Source: the human T2T-CHM13v2.0 reference genome, Homo sapiens. From it: a stretch of 64,000 nt of DNA. The stretch is from assembly GCF_009914755.1 (NCBI RefSeq), contig NC_060947.1; one strand, given 5' to 3'. The position numbers and the translations under genes were made by a program. Positions 1 through 12,935 of this stretch are shown in pieces; position 1 is the first letter of the stretch, and every line of letters begins with the position of its first letter. The notes beneath the pieces are model-generated. The model was not told where the DNA came from and did not search any database. It saw only the letters and a program-made list of their open reading frames with translations.

Positions 1-231
<231 letters not shown>

Positions 232-437
232 AAAGATAGCTTTTGATAAGCTGAGAGATAGAGAATTTTAGGCAGAGGGGATTCTAGGTAGAGAAACAGC
301 ACACACAAAGGCTTGGAAATGCAGGATTAGAGGACATAGACTGTAATAGTTTGAGTCGAGTGGAGGTGATTTGTAGAACAGTAGTGAGAAGAAAATATGA
401 TGATTCATTGGGTCAGGCCTGGGAGCAGGCTGGAGTA

Positions 438-483
438 AGGATGTTGGTCTAGAAGCAGGATGTCAGTCTAGAAGCAGGATGTC
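438..483. repeat. Short tandem duplication, 19-bp period
   Basis: GTCTAGAAGCAGGATGTC at 447-464 and 466-483, with a partial AGGATGT at 438. Confidence 0.85.
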
Positions 484-2774
484 TCAGAAAGAAAACACAT
501 TCCTTAAGGTAGCATCACTACTTTAGATAATCATTCTTTCTGCCTTCCCATAGGCCCCACGTAGTGCCCTGGCTTGGTATCTGGCTCAACTCAGTATTGT
601 ATAGATGAATCAATTTTTAAACACAAATCATTCTATTCAGTGTAGGTCAGTGGAGGTGACAAGGGACGTATTTCTTAAAATGTAAGACACTATTTCTCCT
701 ACCTTGAAGGCTTCCACTAAACTGGATTTGATTTCAATAATATTAGGAAAGCCAAAGCTACAGTCAAATTGCTTTCAATAACATCATCCAAACTCCATAC
801 CATAACCCATGGTTTTCTTTTCGGTTCTGAGAGGAAGTTATCTTCATAATCACTTTTAGAAAGAGAAAATGAATGGTCTAAGTGTAGGCAAAGAAGAAAT
901 TAGCATTCTAGTTGGCAAAAGGAGGGGGCTCACTTTCTTATCTTTTTCTCTACTTGTTTTTGGGAGTATAAAATTCACCTAATTGTAAAGGTGCAAAGAT
1001 CAGCTTTCCATTATTTAAACCACCTTCTTTCTGGAGTCCTATTTCCTGTTAATTGTCCTACTTCGCTTACAATCTATTATAAATTACTATACCCAGAAAC
1101 ATGTGCTGTATATAATTTACAGAAAATTCTAGTGAAGAATATACTACAGTTTATGTAATTTATATATACCAGGCTCTCCTTGGCTTTCTAATCCACTCTC
1201 AATATTATCTGTTCTACTTCTTCAGCACCTGGGCAAGTTAAGACATTAAACAATATTCCATGTGCTACATTTAACTTTGAAATTTATTGAATATTGAATT
1301 CTTTTATGGACCAGGCATATGTATTGCTTTTTTGCGTCTTCAAATAGATTTATACACTTGATGGAGATGACTGGAATCTTGGAACTGGGTAGAGGAGAAG
1401 CAGAATTTTAGGCAAAAGCTCTCTCTGACAAATAATTCTCCTATCTCTATTGCCTATTTCGCTAGGGGTCTCCAGGGGGCTGTTGGGTTAAATTTGTTTG
1501 TGAGAACAAATAGTGGATAGGAACCGGGGAAAACTAATGTGTGGGTGGAATTTCAGAGACAAAATTGATCATTCTGTTATGTCTATAAAATCAGCACTAT
1601 GCTGGAATACAGACAGTGTGGAGTAGTACAGCACAAACTAAGGCTACCTGTTTATTTTCATGCATAGGATGAATTAAAACCAAGTAGTTGAAGGGTAGAT
1701 GAACAAGATGAGACCTAGTCAACAAGCAAGTGCTCAGGTGATGGATCTACGTAGGCCTCCTTTTTGATATAATGTGTTCCTGGAGAAGATATTTTAAAAA
1801 ATTCTTTACCATAAATTAAAAGCCAAGCAACATGTTTATTTTATCCTGAATATGTATGCAGTGATACTATCATGTCTTCTGATATCACTGGAAATCGTCG
1901 ATATGTGATAAAGAAGTAGGTAAGGAGTGAAGTTAAGTCCTTCTTCAATCATGAAGGTAAAGTTCCTCAAAATTTCTAATAGGAGAAGTCACTTGCGAGA
2001 AACTTACAGTTTTAGGGATCCAGATTTGGAAGGAATGAGCCCATGAGTGTACCTACGAAGCCGTTATCTTTTTTTTTCAATGCACTAAACTGAGACAATG
2101 ACTCTGGCACATTAACAGACTTACCATGGCTTTTCCCCAACATTTTAAATGACCAACACGGAGAACTGTACAATCAGTGTTTATTTGTCATACTTTGTCA
2201 TGAGAAACTGCTCAGGATTTCCTTCTTTCTCCCCTCTCCTTTTCAAGGACAGGCTTATCACCTTGTTTCACTTTAATGCTGGTGGTATGCACATTAGTAG
2301 GTGGTAGCAGTGCTCCTCTGTGTCTAGTCCACCATTCAAATACTCAAGATCTTTCATGTGTTATGACACAGAGTTGTTCTCTCAAGCCAAAGATCCCAGA
2401 GAGGCATAGATCCCTGGAAGTTAAAGATGAAACAATGTTTGCACTAATTTTTTTAAAGTGATCCTATTTAGCTGTTATGAAACATATTTGTCAGATATTC
2501 TTGCCAGCATCTTGGTTCTCTCTCTACTCCCAGACATCTGAATATGATTCTAAGGCCTGGGCTACTTTCCCTCTACTTCTTGTATCTCCCCAAGCCTGCA
2601 TTGCAGAAATGTATACGCTGGCTTTTCCCTCCTACCCTCTTCCCTTTTCTACTACTACTTGTCAGCATCCTCCTTCCTTTTATAATTATTTCCAGTTGAC
2701 AGAGTTACAATTTGTATATACTGAAACTAAAATTTGAAAAACCCATTAAAAGCTAAGTGATACTAGTTAACAGG

Positions 2775-3030
2775 AATAGCCCTTATCCTGCAACAGGTAC
2801 TATTTTAAGCAATTTACATATGTTCGGCTGTATACATTTACTCTTGCAATCTCACAGAACCCTATGAGGAAGATACTATTATTATTTATTCCAATTTTAT
2901 AGATCAGAAAACTGAGGCATGAAGAGGTTAAATATTTTGCCCAAGATCACCCAGGTGATAAACTGGGGAGACAGACTTTGGACACAGGCAGTCTGGCCAG
3001 TTTCCACTTCCTTAACCACTCTGCTAGACT
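2775..3030 (-). mobile_element. MIR SINE
   Basis: Reverse MIR core: CCCTATGAGG...ATTTTATAGATCAGAAAACTGAGGC...TTGCCCAAGATCAC. Confidence 0.8.
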
Positions 3031-3597
3031 GCTTTCTCAGAGAGGAATAACTAAACGTTGGCCCAAAGGGATCTTGTGGTTGTGAAGAGTTTACTGTAGT
3101 GTGTGAGTCCTAATTGGGCAGCAATCAATGAACAAAGCATTGAACTGTAAAGAAACAAAAAGTACAAGTACTGCTCATACTGCAATGGTATGTCTTCAGT
3201 TTATTTTCATTTTCGTCAAGCACTCCTCTTCATTAGTTGAATGTAAGGCAAGTTTTGGACATGTCACAAGTTTCTCAATAGTTTGGAATGTACAGATATG
3301 TTTTCGTGTCATTTTCTCTCAACTCAGAACTTCGATATTATAAATGTAAACATTGAAAGTTGTTTTATTAACATTTCCAAAAACCTTAAACCTGCAATTT
3401 ATGATTTGTGCCACCATATGGAGACTGAGTCAATCATATGGCTCTAAAGCCAAGATAATTGTTTTGTCTAAGATTCAGACAAACAGAGTTTTTTTTTCCT
3501 AATGATACAAACCTTCCCCAATTTATTAATTTTCCTGTCTTCTTTATTAAAGATACAACTTTACATTTAAAACATCAAATTTTAAAAAAATACTTTA

Positions 3598-3889
3598 GGC
3601 TGGGAGCGATGGCTCATGCCTGTAATCCCAGCACTTTGGGAGGCCGAGGTGGGTGGATCACGAGGCCAGGAGATCGAGACCATCCTGATTAACATGGTGA
3701 AACCCTGTCTCTACTAAAAATACAAAACATTAGCCGGGTGTGGTGGCAGGTGCCTGTAATCCTACCTACTCAGGAGTCTGAGGCAGGAGAATGGGGTGAA
3801 CCTGGGAGGCAGAGCTTGCAGTGAGCAGAGATTGTGCCACTGCACTCCAGCCTGGGCGACAGAGCGAGACTCTGTCTCAAAAAAAAAAA
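3598..3889 (+). mobile_element. AluY-like SINE
   Basis: Full dimer with Y-type diagnostics (GAGATCGAGACCATCCTG, GAATGG.GTGAACC, GAGCTTGCAGTGAGC) and an A tail; ACTTTAG on both flanks. Confidence 0.93.
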
Positions 3890-3949
3890 CCACCAAACTT
3901 TAGAAATTTAGTGTAGAGCAGTTTTTTTTTTTTTTTTAAAGAAAGTATA

Positions 3950-4195
3950 TGTATAGTGTAGTAGTTAAGATTTGGCTTCTAAATTCATATTTGAATGTAT
4001 TTCCAGCTCATCTATTTTATATCTGTATGACCTTGGACATATTAATTATTTTAAGCCTTAATTTCTTCATCTCAGAAATGGGGATAATAATGGAATCTAC
4101 TTCACAGAACTATCATGAAAATTAAATAAGAAGGTGTTTAGAAAGTCTTCAGCATAATGCCTGCACCAAGTAAGCATTCAACAGATGTCAGTTAT
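3950..4195 (+). mobile_element. MIR SINE
   Basis: TGACCTTGGACA...AGCCTTAATTTCTTCATCT..AAATGGGGATAATAAT...AAGCATTCAA. Confidence 0.75.
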
Positions 4196-5602
4196 ATAAA
4201 TACTATTACAGTAACTTTATTATAAATATTGAACATTTTACACAACTCAACCCTCAGGTGGCCTATACACATATTACTGGAAGTTTATTGTCAACTTTTT
4301 GTTGGCTTGGTGATGAAGTGTTGCTTATCTATATGAATTCAGCCAAATGGTTCAGTCGTTCTATCTGGATTATTTCAGCAAAACTCAGAGAAGGCCTTAC
4401 CTATATTTTCAACTACACAATTATTATCTTTCTTGCTTTCTTTACCCAACTTTTGTAGGGGAAAAACAATAACAATAACAAAAAGCAAAAATTGCCTAGT
4501 GTTCTGATCGCACTGACAGTGTATTTTCCCTATCAGAGAAAAGTACCTATTTTTCTCCTATCCATAATCAGAAGGGTTATAATTCCTCCCTGTTTCCTCG
4601 AGTCAGAGCTGGTTATTCTGCAAACAATAGTAAATTTACACATTAGCTGTGTGCAGTTTTATCAGCTCCCAGCAATGATTTGAAATAATTATCTCAATGA
4701 CATACTTCCTCTATTGAGATACCCTTACCTAAAACAAAACATGTAGAATAAAAAAAATTAATGAGATTTCAAACAGAGATGTAAATATGTTTCATTATAA
4801 TTTTGTAATATATTCATTGCAGATTGGTAACAAGTAAATTCCTTAGGGTTCATGGGAAGCAAACATAATATAATATAAATATATCACACTTAAGTTTTGT
4901 AAGGAAATGAATGCTTAAATAAAAATTAAAATAATTATTAATCTGAGAAGCCAGTCATCACTAAAAAGATCCAGAAACTACCAAAAAACAAAAATCATCA
5001 TTGTTTTAACAAAAAATAAATATTTTATGCACACCAACCTCTTAGGACCTGCCTCAGAATTAATGATAACAAACATTTATGTTGAACAACAGGTTATAGA
5101 TCATAATCACATATTTATTCATTAGATAAACATGTATGGGCACATACTGTGAGTCAGTAACAGTGGTTGGCACTTGAAGTATCATATTGACTGAGATATG
5201 CATAATCTCTTACCTGACTAAACCTTATTCTAGGAGAGAGCCTACGACTAAGTTGCAAACAACTTGCACTACAAGGAAGCATGTTTTAACTACCTTAAGA
5301 GAGGCATGATGTGCAGTAAGAGATCAGAAGAGTGAAAGCCCATTTCTTGCTGAAAAAAGGAAATGAGGGAGGTCTTCCTGGAGCTGAATTAGACTTCCTT
5401 TTTAAAGTGTGGTTAGGATTTGGGTGGATGGAGATGAGGAGGTGTGCACCAACATATCCTATGGTAAAAGAATGACATGAGCATTAGCACTCAGATGGGA
5501 AGGTATAAGAAGTTTAAGAATAGTAGAAAGTAATACTCATTTATTGGTGCACAGGCAACATGTCAAAGAGTACTGGAGGAAAGGATAAAAAGGTAAATCA
5601 CT

Positions 5603-5924
<322 letters not shown>

Positions 5925-6872
5925 TTAAAGGTCAGTCTAAGGAGTTTGGAATTTATCTGGTAGCCAGTGGGGTAGTAATGAGTATTTCTAATAAATAGAG
6001 TGAAACATTAGAAAAAATAATCTATATAGACTGGTATATAGACTGGAAGAGGAAATGCCAGAAAGTGGGGAGATTAAGAGGCAATTATTGTAATGGTATC
6101 CAAAGAACACATAATGAACAAACCCAAGGTGGTGGCATTGGGAATGGAAAGGAATGGAAGGGAGTGATATTGCTGAGAGAGAAATCGCAAAACTTAGTGA
6201 TTAATTGAATGGGAGTAAAATGGATAGAGAGAAATCAAAGAGGTCTCTCCAGTTCCCATTTCAGGTGACTTACTGCATGGAAAAAGCATTTAGAAATATC
6301 AGAAATGGAAAATAAAGACCAGATTTGAAGAGGATAAGATAAGGATTAATTCAAAACTGAATTAATTCAGTTCTGGGCATGTTGAGTTTGAGGTGATCAT
6401 AGGACATCAAAGTGGAGACGTCCAATTCTACAGGAGAGTTTCAAGAGAGCTAGAAATAATATTTGAGGTAATCTGTAAAAGAGTTGTTGGTGGTGCTATA
6501 GACTGGAAAGTTCATGAAATTGCCACAAGTAAGAGTGTAGACACTAGGGTTTTTGACATTTCAGGGTCAAGATCAAGGGCATGAAAAAGAAAAGCTGTGT
6601 ATGAAAGAGGAGAAACAGATTGTTAGAAAGTCATTAAAACAAAAGTTAGGGGTTCAAAAAGGATGTCAGCAGTGTGAAAAGCTTCAGAATATCAAAGGAT
6701 GAAGATTTAGAAAACAACTTTGTATTCGGCATTTAGGAGGTCAGTAATCATCTCTGGTAGATTAGTTTCAGCCAAGTGGCAAGCAAGCAGAAATAAAATT
6801 GCTAAAGGTGAAGACACAAGAGAAACAATTGTAGATTTTCAAAAAGTTTGTGCAAAGATGGTAACTTCAGGG

Positions 6873-7056
6873 CAAGTGGATCTCAAATTTCCACCTACAA
6901 TGGAATCACTTAGGGGCTTTGTTAAATGCAGGTTGCTGAGCCTCACCCCGAGGTTCTAATTCAGCAGGTCTTGGGTAGGGCCAAACTGTTTGCATGTCTA
7001 TCAAGCATCCAGGTAATGCTGATGCCGGTGATCTAGGGACCACACTCTGAGAACTC
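6873..7056. mobile_element. MER5A hAT-Charlie MITE
   Basis: Degenerate terminal inverted repeats GTGGATCTCAAA ... CTGAGAACTCT; internal GAATCAC.TAGGGG.CTTTGTTAAA, TTTGCATGTCTA.CAAG and GGGACCACACT. Confidence 0.8.
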
Positions 7057-10000
7057 TTTTTAGAGTAGAAAGTTTTGATTTGTCTTAAGGATTCATAGCC
7101 TTGAACATTTTATATAGTAAAAGGTGAAAAGAACAAGTAGAGAGGGAGAGACTGGAGATGCAAAATAGAGAGGTGGGAATAAAACAGATTTGTCACTTGA
7201 ACGACGTGAAAGAAAGGAATGAAGAACATCAATGGAAGCGGTGGAGGAGGCTTTTTATTTTTTAAGAGAGAAGATGCAAAAATCCTTTTAGGAGGGGAGA
7301 AGGGAGGCGGAGGGAACGCCTGTCAAATAACTTTGTGGTAAAATCATAGAGAAGTTGGAGGCAGTAGCTAATGAGAGTGAGGGGAAGGGTGACTTGCAAA
7401 GAATAGGAAAGGTTTGGAGTAGCTGCTACAGGGAATTCAATAGGGAGTCAACGAAATGAATAAAAGGACATTAAGTAGCAGTGGGAGACCAGCTGAGGTT
7501 AAAATAGCTTGAATTTGAACAGTTAAAAGCCCAAGATTTAAAAGGGAACAGTACAGTGAGAGACATAGGTGGAATTTAAGACGACATGTTTCCTTCTCCT
7601 TTAGGAGAGTGCAGTATGAAATAGCATATCTTAAAAGTTGGTAAGCGCTTATACTTTATAAGGTAATTTGAAAGCTTATTTTTTATATTTCAGTTAGAAA
7701 ATGTTCATCTTTCCTTTAAGTATCGGATTTTAACTGTTACTCTTTGGGTTTTGACCAATTCTCTTGATGCTCTACTGGTCCCCTTTCTCCACCTTTGCCT
7801 CCCTTGGAATTCATCTTCAATTTAACATTGTAACTGAATGAAAAAAATGATGTTATAGATAATCGTATAACCAGTTTCCTAATGGGGTATACATGCATAC
7901 ATAGCTATAGGCTTTCATCACTTAAATTCTCAGTTATATGAAGGCTTTCATTTTACATTTATTGTCTTGCCCAATTTCCTTTTATTGTTTACCTAAAAGT
8001 GAACCTTAGAGGTCTCCTGGGAGGTTGTGATTAGCCGCCACATTCAAGGTTGTAACTTCAGTTGGCTGAGGGTTTCAAATAATTCCATTTATTACCTTGG
8101 GATTTACTTGAATGCCTGATCTGAAAACCAGTCCCTTCAAATAGTTCTGGATATTTTGCAGTGCTGCATAAGCATGCCAATATATGTATTTTTAATTTTT
8201 AGTTAAAATGGTACCTGCATTTTACTGACAGTGTCAAAGTAGAATATTTTGCCTAAAATCACAGATGAGCACCCTCCCCTCCAAACTGAGTATGAATTAA
8301 GATAAAATGTAAATTGTTAATTAAGTCATGGAAGTTTACAGCATTTCAGTGTATGGGAAACTACACTTAGGCCCCAAATCATTCCACTGGAATTAGAACT
8401 TCTTCTGATGAGATATGGTACCTGCTTATACTAATTTTGTCGTTATTTGTTGCGGTGGTTGGCTCCTGTCTTGTATTAATTCACAAACCTTGAGTATTTT
8501 CTTAGTTTTAATGCAGTGCCTCTCTCCATAGAGAGTCATCTCCCAAGGGTACTCTGTTTACTGCCACCTTTTTATGATTTTATATTGCATCAAGCAATTC
8601 CAAACTTACAGGGTGTTGATGTGAAAGGCTTCCTCTGGTCTTGTAGAAACCTAGCCCTGTTTAGAAGTATGTTTGGCTTATGGAAGACATTAAAATCAGA
8701 AAGGGACAAAAACAAACCCTCTGTGTAAAATTGATTGTCTCAATCTCAAAGCACTGATAGTAATAGTAGAAATAGTAGTGATAAAAAATAGAATAATCAA
8801 AAAGTCAAGAAAAAAGGAGACAAAACCTGCTCTCTTAGATCTAAACGACTAAATGTTTAAATTGCATGTGTTACTTAAGAACGCTACCAAGTTTATCTAG
8901 AAGACTGCAATGAGAAGGAATTCAAATAATGAAACCGAGGGTCTTTTGCGTGTTGAAAACTTCCAAAGAACTTTAACCTTTCAATGATCAATGGCCAATT
9001 TGAGTCTCTAGTATTTCTGCTAGAAATAGAACCGTAATCTTTAGTAATAATTAAAATATTACTGTAAACCTGATACATCTCATTAAACACATGACTTTTA
9101 ATTTGTGCCTTTTCTAAAGTTGTCAAAGTATGTCTGTTCTTCAATTTCACAATTACTGATTACAGCATGAATGAATAATCTGCCTTTCTTTTTTTATATT
9201 TCAGATTTCTTAAATTTGAAACATCAAAATATCTGTGCAATGTTTTATTGCTGAAAACCCCAAATTGCTCTGCAAATAAAAAGGCCTTGATAATGTGGGC
9301 ACAGCTACATACAAGGGGTAGCTTGGCCTTAGGATTTTTAACGTAATTAGAGCCATTTGAAAATAAAACATCCTTTACAGCCAAACTTATTCACCTGGAA
9401 ATTTCAATCACAATAAGTTATCAGAGGCAAGCTATTTCAACAGATAGTTTAACAGCCATTTCAGTCAAAACACCTGTTGAATACAATTTGGGATTTCTCT
9501 TTTTAAAAACTGGTAAATACAAACATTTCTGTCAGTGCTGTTTTATTCTTTTTTGATACTTCTACTTTTGGTTGAGGCGTTTTCTGCCTTTGCTATTTCT
9601 TCTCAATTGTCCTTTTTTTGCCCCTTATTACTTTCTTCCCACAACAGTATCGATGTAGCAAAAACATTTTGATGCCTTTTAAAAATGTCTCGTGGCTGCC
9701 TATATCCCAATCTATTATGTTAGAGTCATATCACTGCATTTTGAAAGCAATGATCATCACAACTTCTTAGCATTTTAACCCTGTACAATTTGAAATTGAA
9801 ACAGTATGAAGAGATTCAAAGGGCAGTTCTTAAACCTGGTTGATGAAATGAGAAAAGAAGAAAATATGTTGTAGAAAGAGGCAGAAAAATCCAATTTAGG
9901 GTATCTGTAACTAAATAAGGGAGCAAAAAGAACCCACACATTTCTCGTTGATCCTGCTAAGTACAACTAGGGCTGAATAAAATTCAGTAAGTTTCCAACA

Positions 10001-10193
10001 TTATTTATATTTTAGAAGAATATCAGAGAAGTTACCATAAGCCATGTAGTTGGTAACGTTTTGTAAAGAAACGAAACCTGGATTTCACTTTATGAATAAC
10101 TAACAGCCTCCAGAGAAGAGGAGCACAGGAAAGGAAATATCTTGGTTTTAGAGAATGAATAGCTTGACAAGGAGTCTTAAAACAACTTTGCTA

Positions 10194-10590
<397 letters not shown>

Positions 10591-11593
10591 CTAACCACCA
10601 TATGCTGTGTGGAAAAGACCATTCCTTTTCCCTGGAATGTACCCTGCTTAGACATTTTGTTCTATAAGCTCTTAGTACGTTTGGGACGCTTGATGAGTGG
10701 GGGAAGTGGAATCTTGTTTAGGACTGGAGCTCCAATCACTGGACCTTCAAAGCCAATGGAAGAGGAAGGAAAATGCACGTTCAAGAATGCAAACCCTCGC
10801 CCTTTCCTCATATTCCGTGATGACTGTTTTGAGTCCTAAACAAACATTTCCTATCAATTTTAGCGGGGAGTAGGGCCAGGGCAATCTCGACACTAAGGGA
10901 CGGGGACACAGACAAGTCTCTTCCAGGACAGTGGCGGAAGTGCCATAAAATGAGGTGTCCATCTGCCACCCACAGAGCAAGTCTCTCTGTTTCCCAAAGT
11001 GTTCACAGGCTCACTACGCTTCCTGAATGTCAGTGCGAGTTAGCAACCAGAACTCTGATCTGAGTATGATCTCGGACGCTTGTTCCTCTGCGCGCTGGGT
11101 AGGGGAAAATTTACACCAAGCGCACTTAGGTGGGCTAAAGGGCTGAGCTGTTTACTTCTGAACTCGCTAGCGTCTTTCTCCCGGAAGCTAGGCGAAGCCA
11201 TCTATTAGCCCCCGCAGAGTTTGGGAGAGATGCGCAAGTGGAATTGGAGCTGCCACCTCACTTTCCACGATCTAACCCGGTGTAAGGTGGCGGAAGGGGC
11301 ATGGGGAGGCACGTTCAGGAGTCGCGCTTTGCGTTTCCACCCCGACACCAGCGGAGCGCGGAGCGGATGGGTTCACAGCATAGGCCACTTTGAGAACTCT
11401 GCGTGACATCTGGGAGTTCTCTCGTCTGGCAGAGAGGCAAGAAGCAGAGGCACCACACCGCCCCCTTCTCGGACTGGATCTCTGTTCTTGGTCGAGCCTG
11501 GACCCACTCAGGTAGTCGGACGCCGGCCAGGGAGTCTCCACCTCCTCACCAGCGGCAGCCATTCGGAGCGCTCGGGCGCAGAAGGGCTGGGGC

Positions 11594-11680
11594 CCATTGG
11601 CTGTGGGACGCTGCCAGTCTCCGGAGGGGGTGTGGTGGGGGTGGGGTCTGGGGCCGCAGCGGGTCGGGGCTGCTCACTGT
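11594..11680 (+). promoter_or_regulatory. DACH2: TATA-less core promoter: inverted CCAAT box, G-rich Sp/KLF tract, initiator
   Basis: ATTGGCT (NF-Y, reverse) at 11596-11602; GGGGTGGGG KLF/Sp boxes 11626-11653; CTCACT Inr (BBCABW) with A at 11676, about 80 bp downstream of the CCAAT box. The TSS position is inferred. Confidence 0.6.
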
Positions 11681-11845
11681 TTGTTGAGCTTGAGCGTGAG
11701 CCGGCTGCTGAAGACTTGCGAACAGTTCGGAGCCAGCGAGAGCGCGCCAGAGAGAGCGAGAGTGAGGGAGTGAGTGCGAGGGGATCTAGAGGAGTCAGGG
11801 CGAGAAAGCGAGGGCCGGAGGACCCACGATAGAGACAGAGTGACC
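11676..11845 (+). other. DACH2: DACH2 5' UTR (approximate start), GA-rich, no upstream ATG
   Basis: Lies between the putative Inr and ACCATGG; (GA)-rich tract 11738-11840. Confidence 0.6.
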
Positions 11846-12333
11846 ATGGCTGTCTCCGCATCTCCAGTGATCTCTGCAACTTCCAGCGGCGCCGGCGTCC
11901 CGGGGGGCTTATTCCGGGCCGAACCCCTGTACTCGACTCCCAGAGAGCCCCCTCGTCTTACTCCTAATATGATCAATAGTTTCGTGGTTAATAACCACAG
12001 CAACAGTGCCGGAGGCGGCGGCAGGGGCAACACCAACACCAACGAGTGCCGCATGGTCGACATGCACGGGATGAAGGTGGCTTCGTTCCTGATGGACGGC
12101 CAGGAACTGATCTGCCTGCCGCAAGTCTTTGATCTTTTTCTCAAGCACCTGGTGGGAGGCTTGCACACTGTGTACACCAAGCTGAAGAGACTGGATATAT
12201 CCCCCGTGGTGTGTACTGTTGAGCAGGTCCGGATCCTCCGCGGGCTGGGGGCCATCCAGCCCGGGGTAAACCGCTGCAAACTCATCACCAGGAAAGACTT
12301 CGAAACTTTGTTCACCGATTGCACCAATGCCAG
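11846..12333 (+). CDS. DACH2: Dachshund homolog 2, coding exon 1 (N-terminus plus DACHbox-N/DD1 Ski-Sno DNA-binding domain)
   Basis: Strong Kozak ACCATGG; MAVSASPVISATSSGAGVPGGLFRAEPLYS...NECRMVDMHGMKVASFLMDGQELICLPQVFDLFLKHLVGGLHTVYTKLKRLDISPVVCTVEQVRILRGLGAIQPGVNRCKLITRKDFETLFTDCTNA matches the dachshund domain with the DACH2-type N-terminus; 488 nt ending at the canonical donor CAG|GTGAGA (phase 2). Confidence 0.97.
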
Positions 12334-12852
12334 GTGAGACACTCGTTTCTTGGCTCTCCCACTTCTCTTACCCCTTTGGCCTCTTCTGCATGCCTCACCA
12401 CCCTCATCCAACTTTGTTTGTAGAGTGAGTCTTAACTAGTTTGCCTCTATTCTTCACGCTGTAAATCGGTGGGGAAAGAGGACTAGAAGCTTTCATTAAT
12501 GCTGGTGCCTTCTAGTCCACGCTCAGTGCAAGGGCTTCGGTCTAAAAAAGTCCCGCAAACTTGAGTTTGCAGTCCTCTATTGAAACTTTCCAGCCTTTTG
12601 CCCATATCTTGCATGGCTTTTGGCTGTTCGTGGTTATTTGTTAATTTCTCTATTTGGTTTTCTTTCCTGCTCTTTTGTGGCCGCACGGGTCGGATAGGTT
12701 TTCTTCTGAACACGGATACCAAGGGCTTTCTCTGGGGGCTGGCTGAGCTGTAAACTGGGCTCCTAAGCTGGCAAGCCAGAACACAGCATTTGGGGCATGC
12801 AGGGGGTGGGAAGTCTAGAATCCATCCCAGAGGGTGATTCGATCCCCATCCC

Positions 12853-12935
12853 GTGTGTTTGTTGTGAGAATGTGTGGGGTGTGTGGTGTTGTTGTTTGTG
12901 GTGGTGTTGGTGTGTATGTGTGCAAGTGCGCGTGA
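12853..12935 (+). repeat. GT-rich low-complexity tract
   Basis: GTGTGTTTGTTGTG...GTGTGGTGTTGTTGTTTGTGGTGGTGTTGGTGTGTATGTGTG. Confidence 0.8.

Larger units (their letters stand above)
11070..12345. promoter_or_regulatory. DACH2: CpG island / DACH2 promoter
   Basis: Abrupt rise in GC and CpG density against the AT-rich flanks; overlaps exon 1; weaker CpG enrichment continues to ~13050. Confidence 0.9.

Noticed and set aside
438-483. 19-bp direct repeat as an array or CRISPR-like structure
   Set aside because: Only ~2.4 adjacent copies with no spacers; a simple local duplication in eukaryotic DNA
11774-11845. 24-aa N-terminal extension of DACH2 from the in-frame GTG in the ORF track
   Set aside because: Poor context (T at -3, C at +4, directly after a TGA), whereas ATG 11846 has an ideal Kozak sequence
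11674-12411. 245-aa antisense ORF over exon 1, and other ORFs in the CpG island
   Set aside because: Expected shadow of a GC-rich coding exon; no recognisable domain
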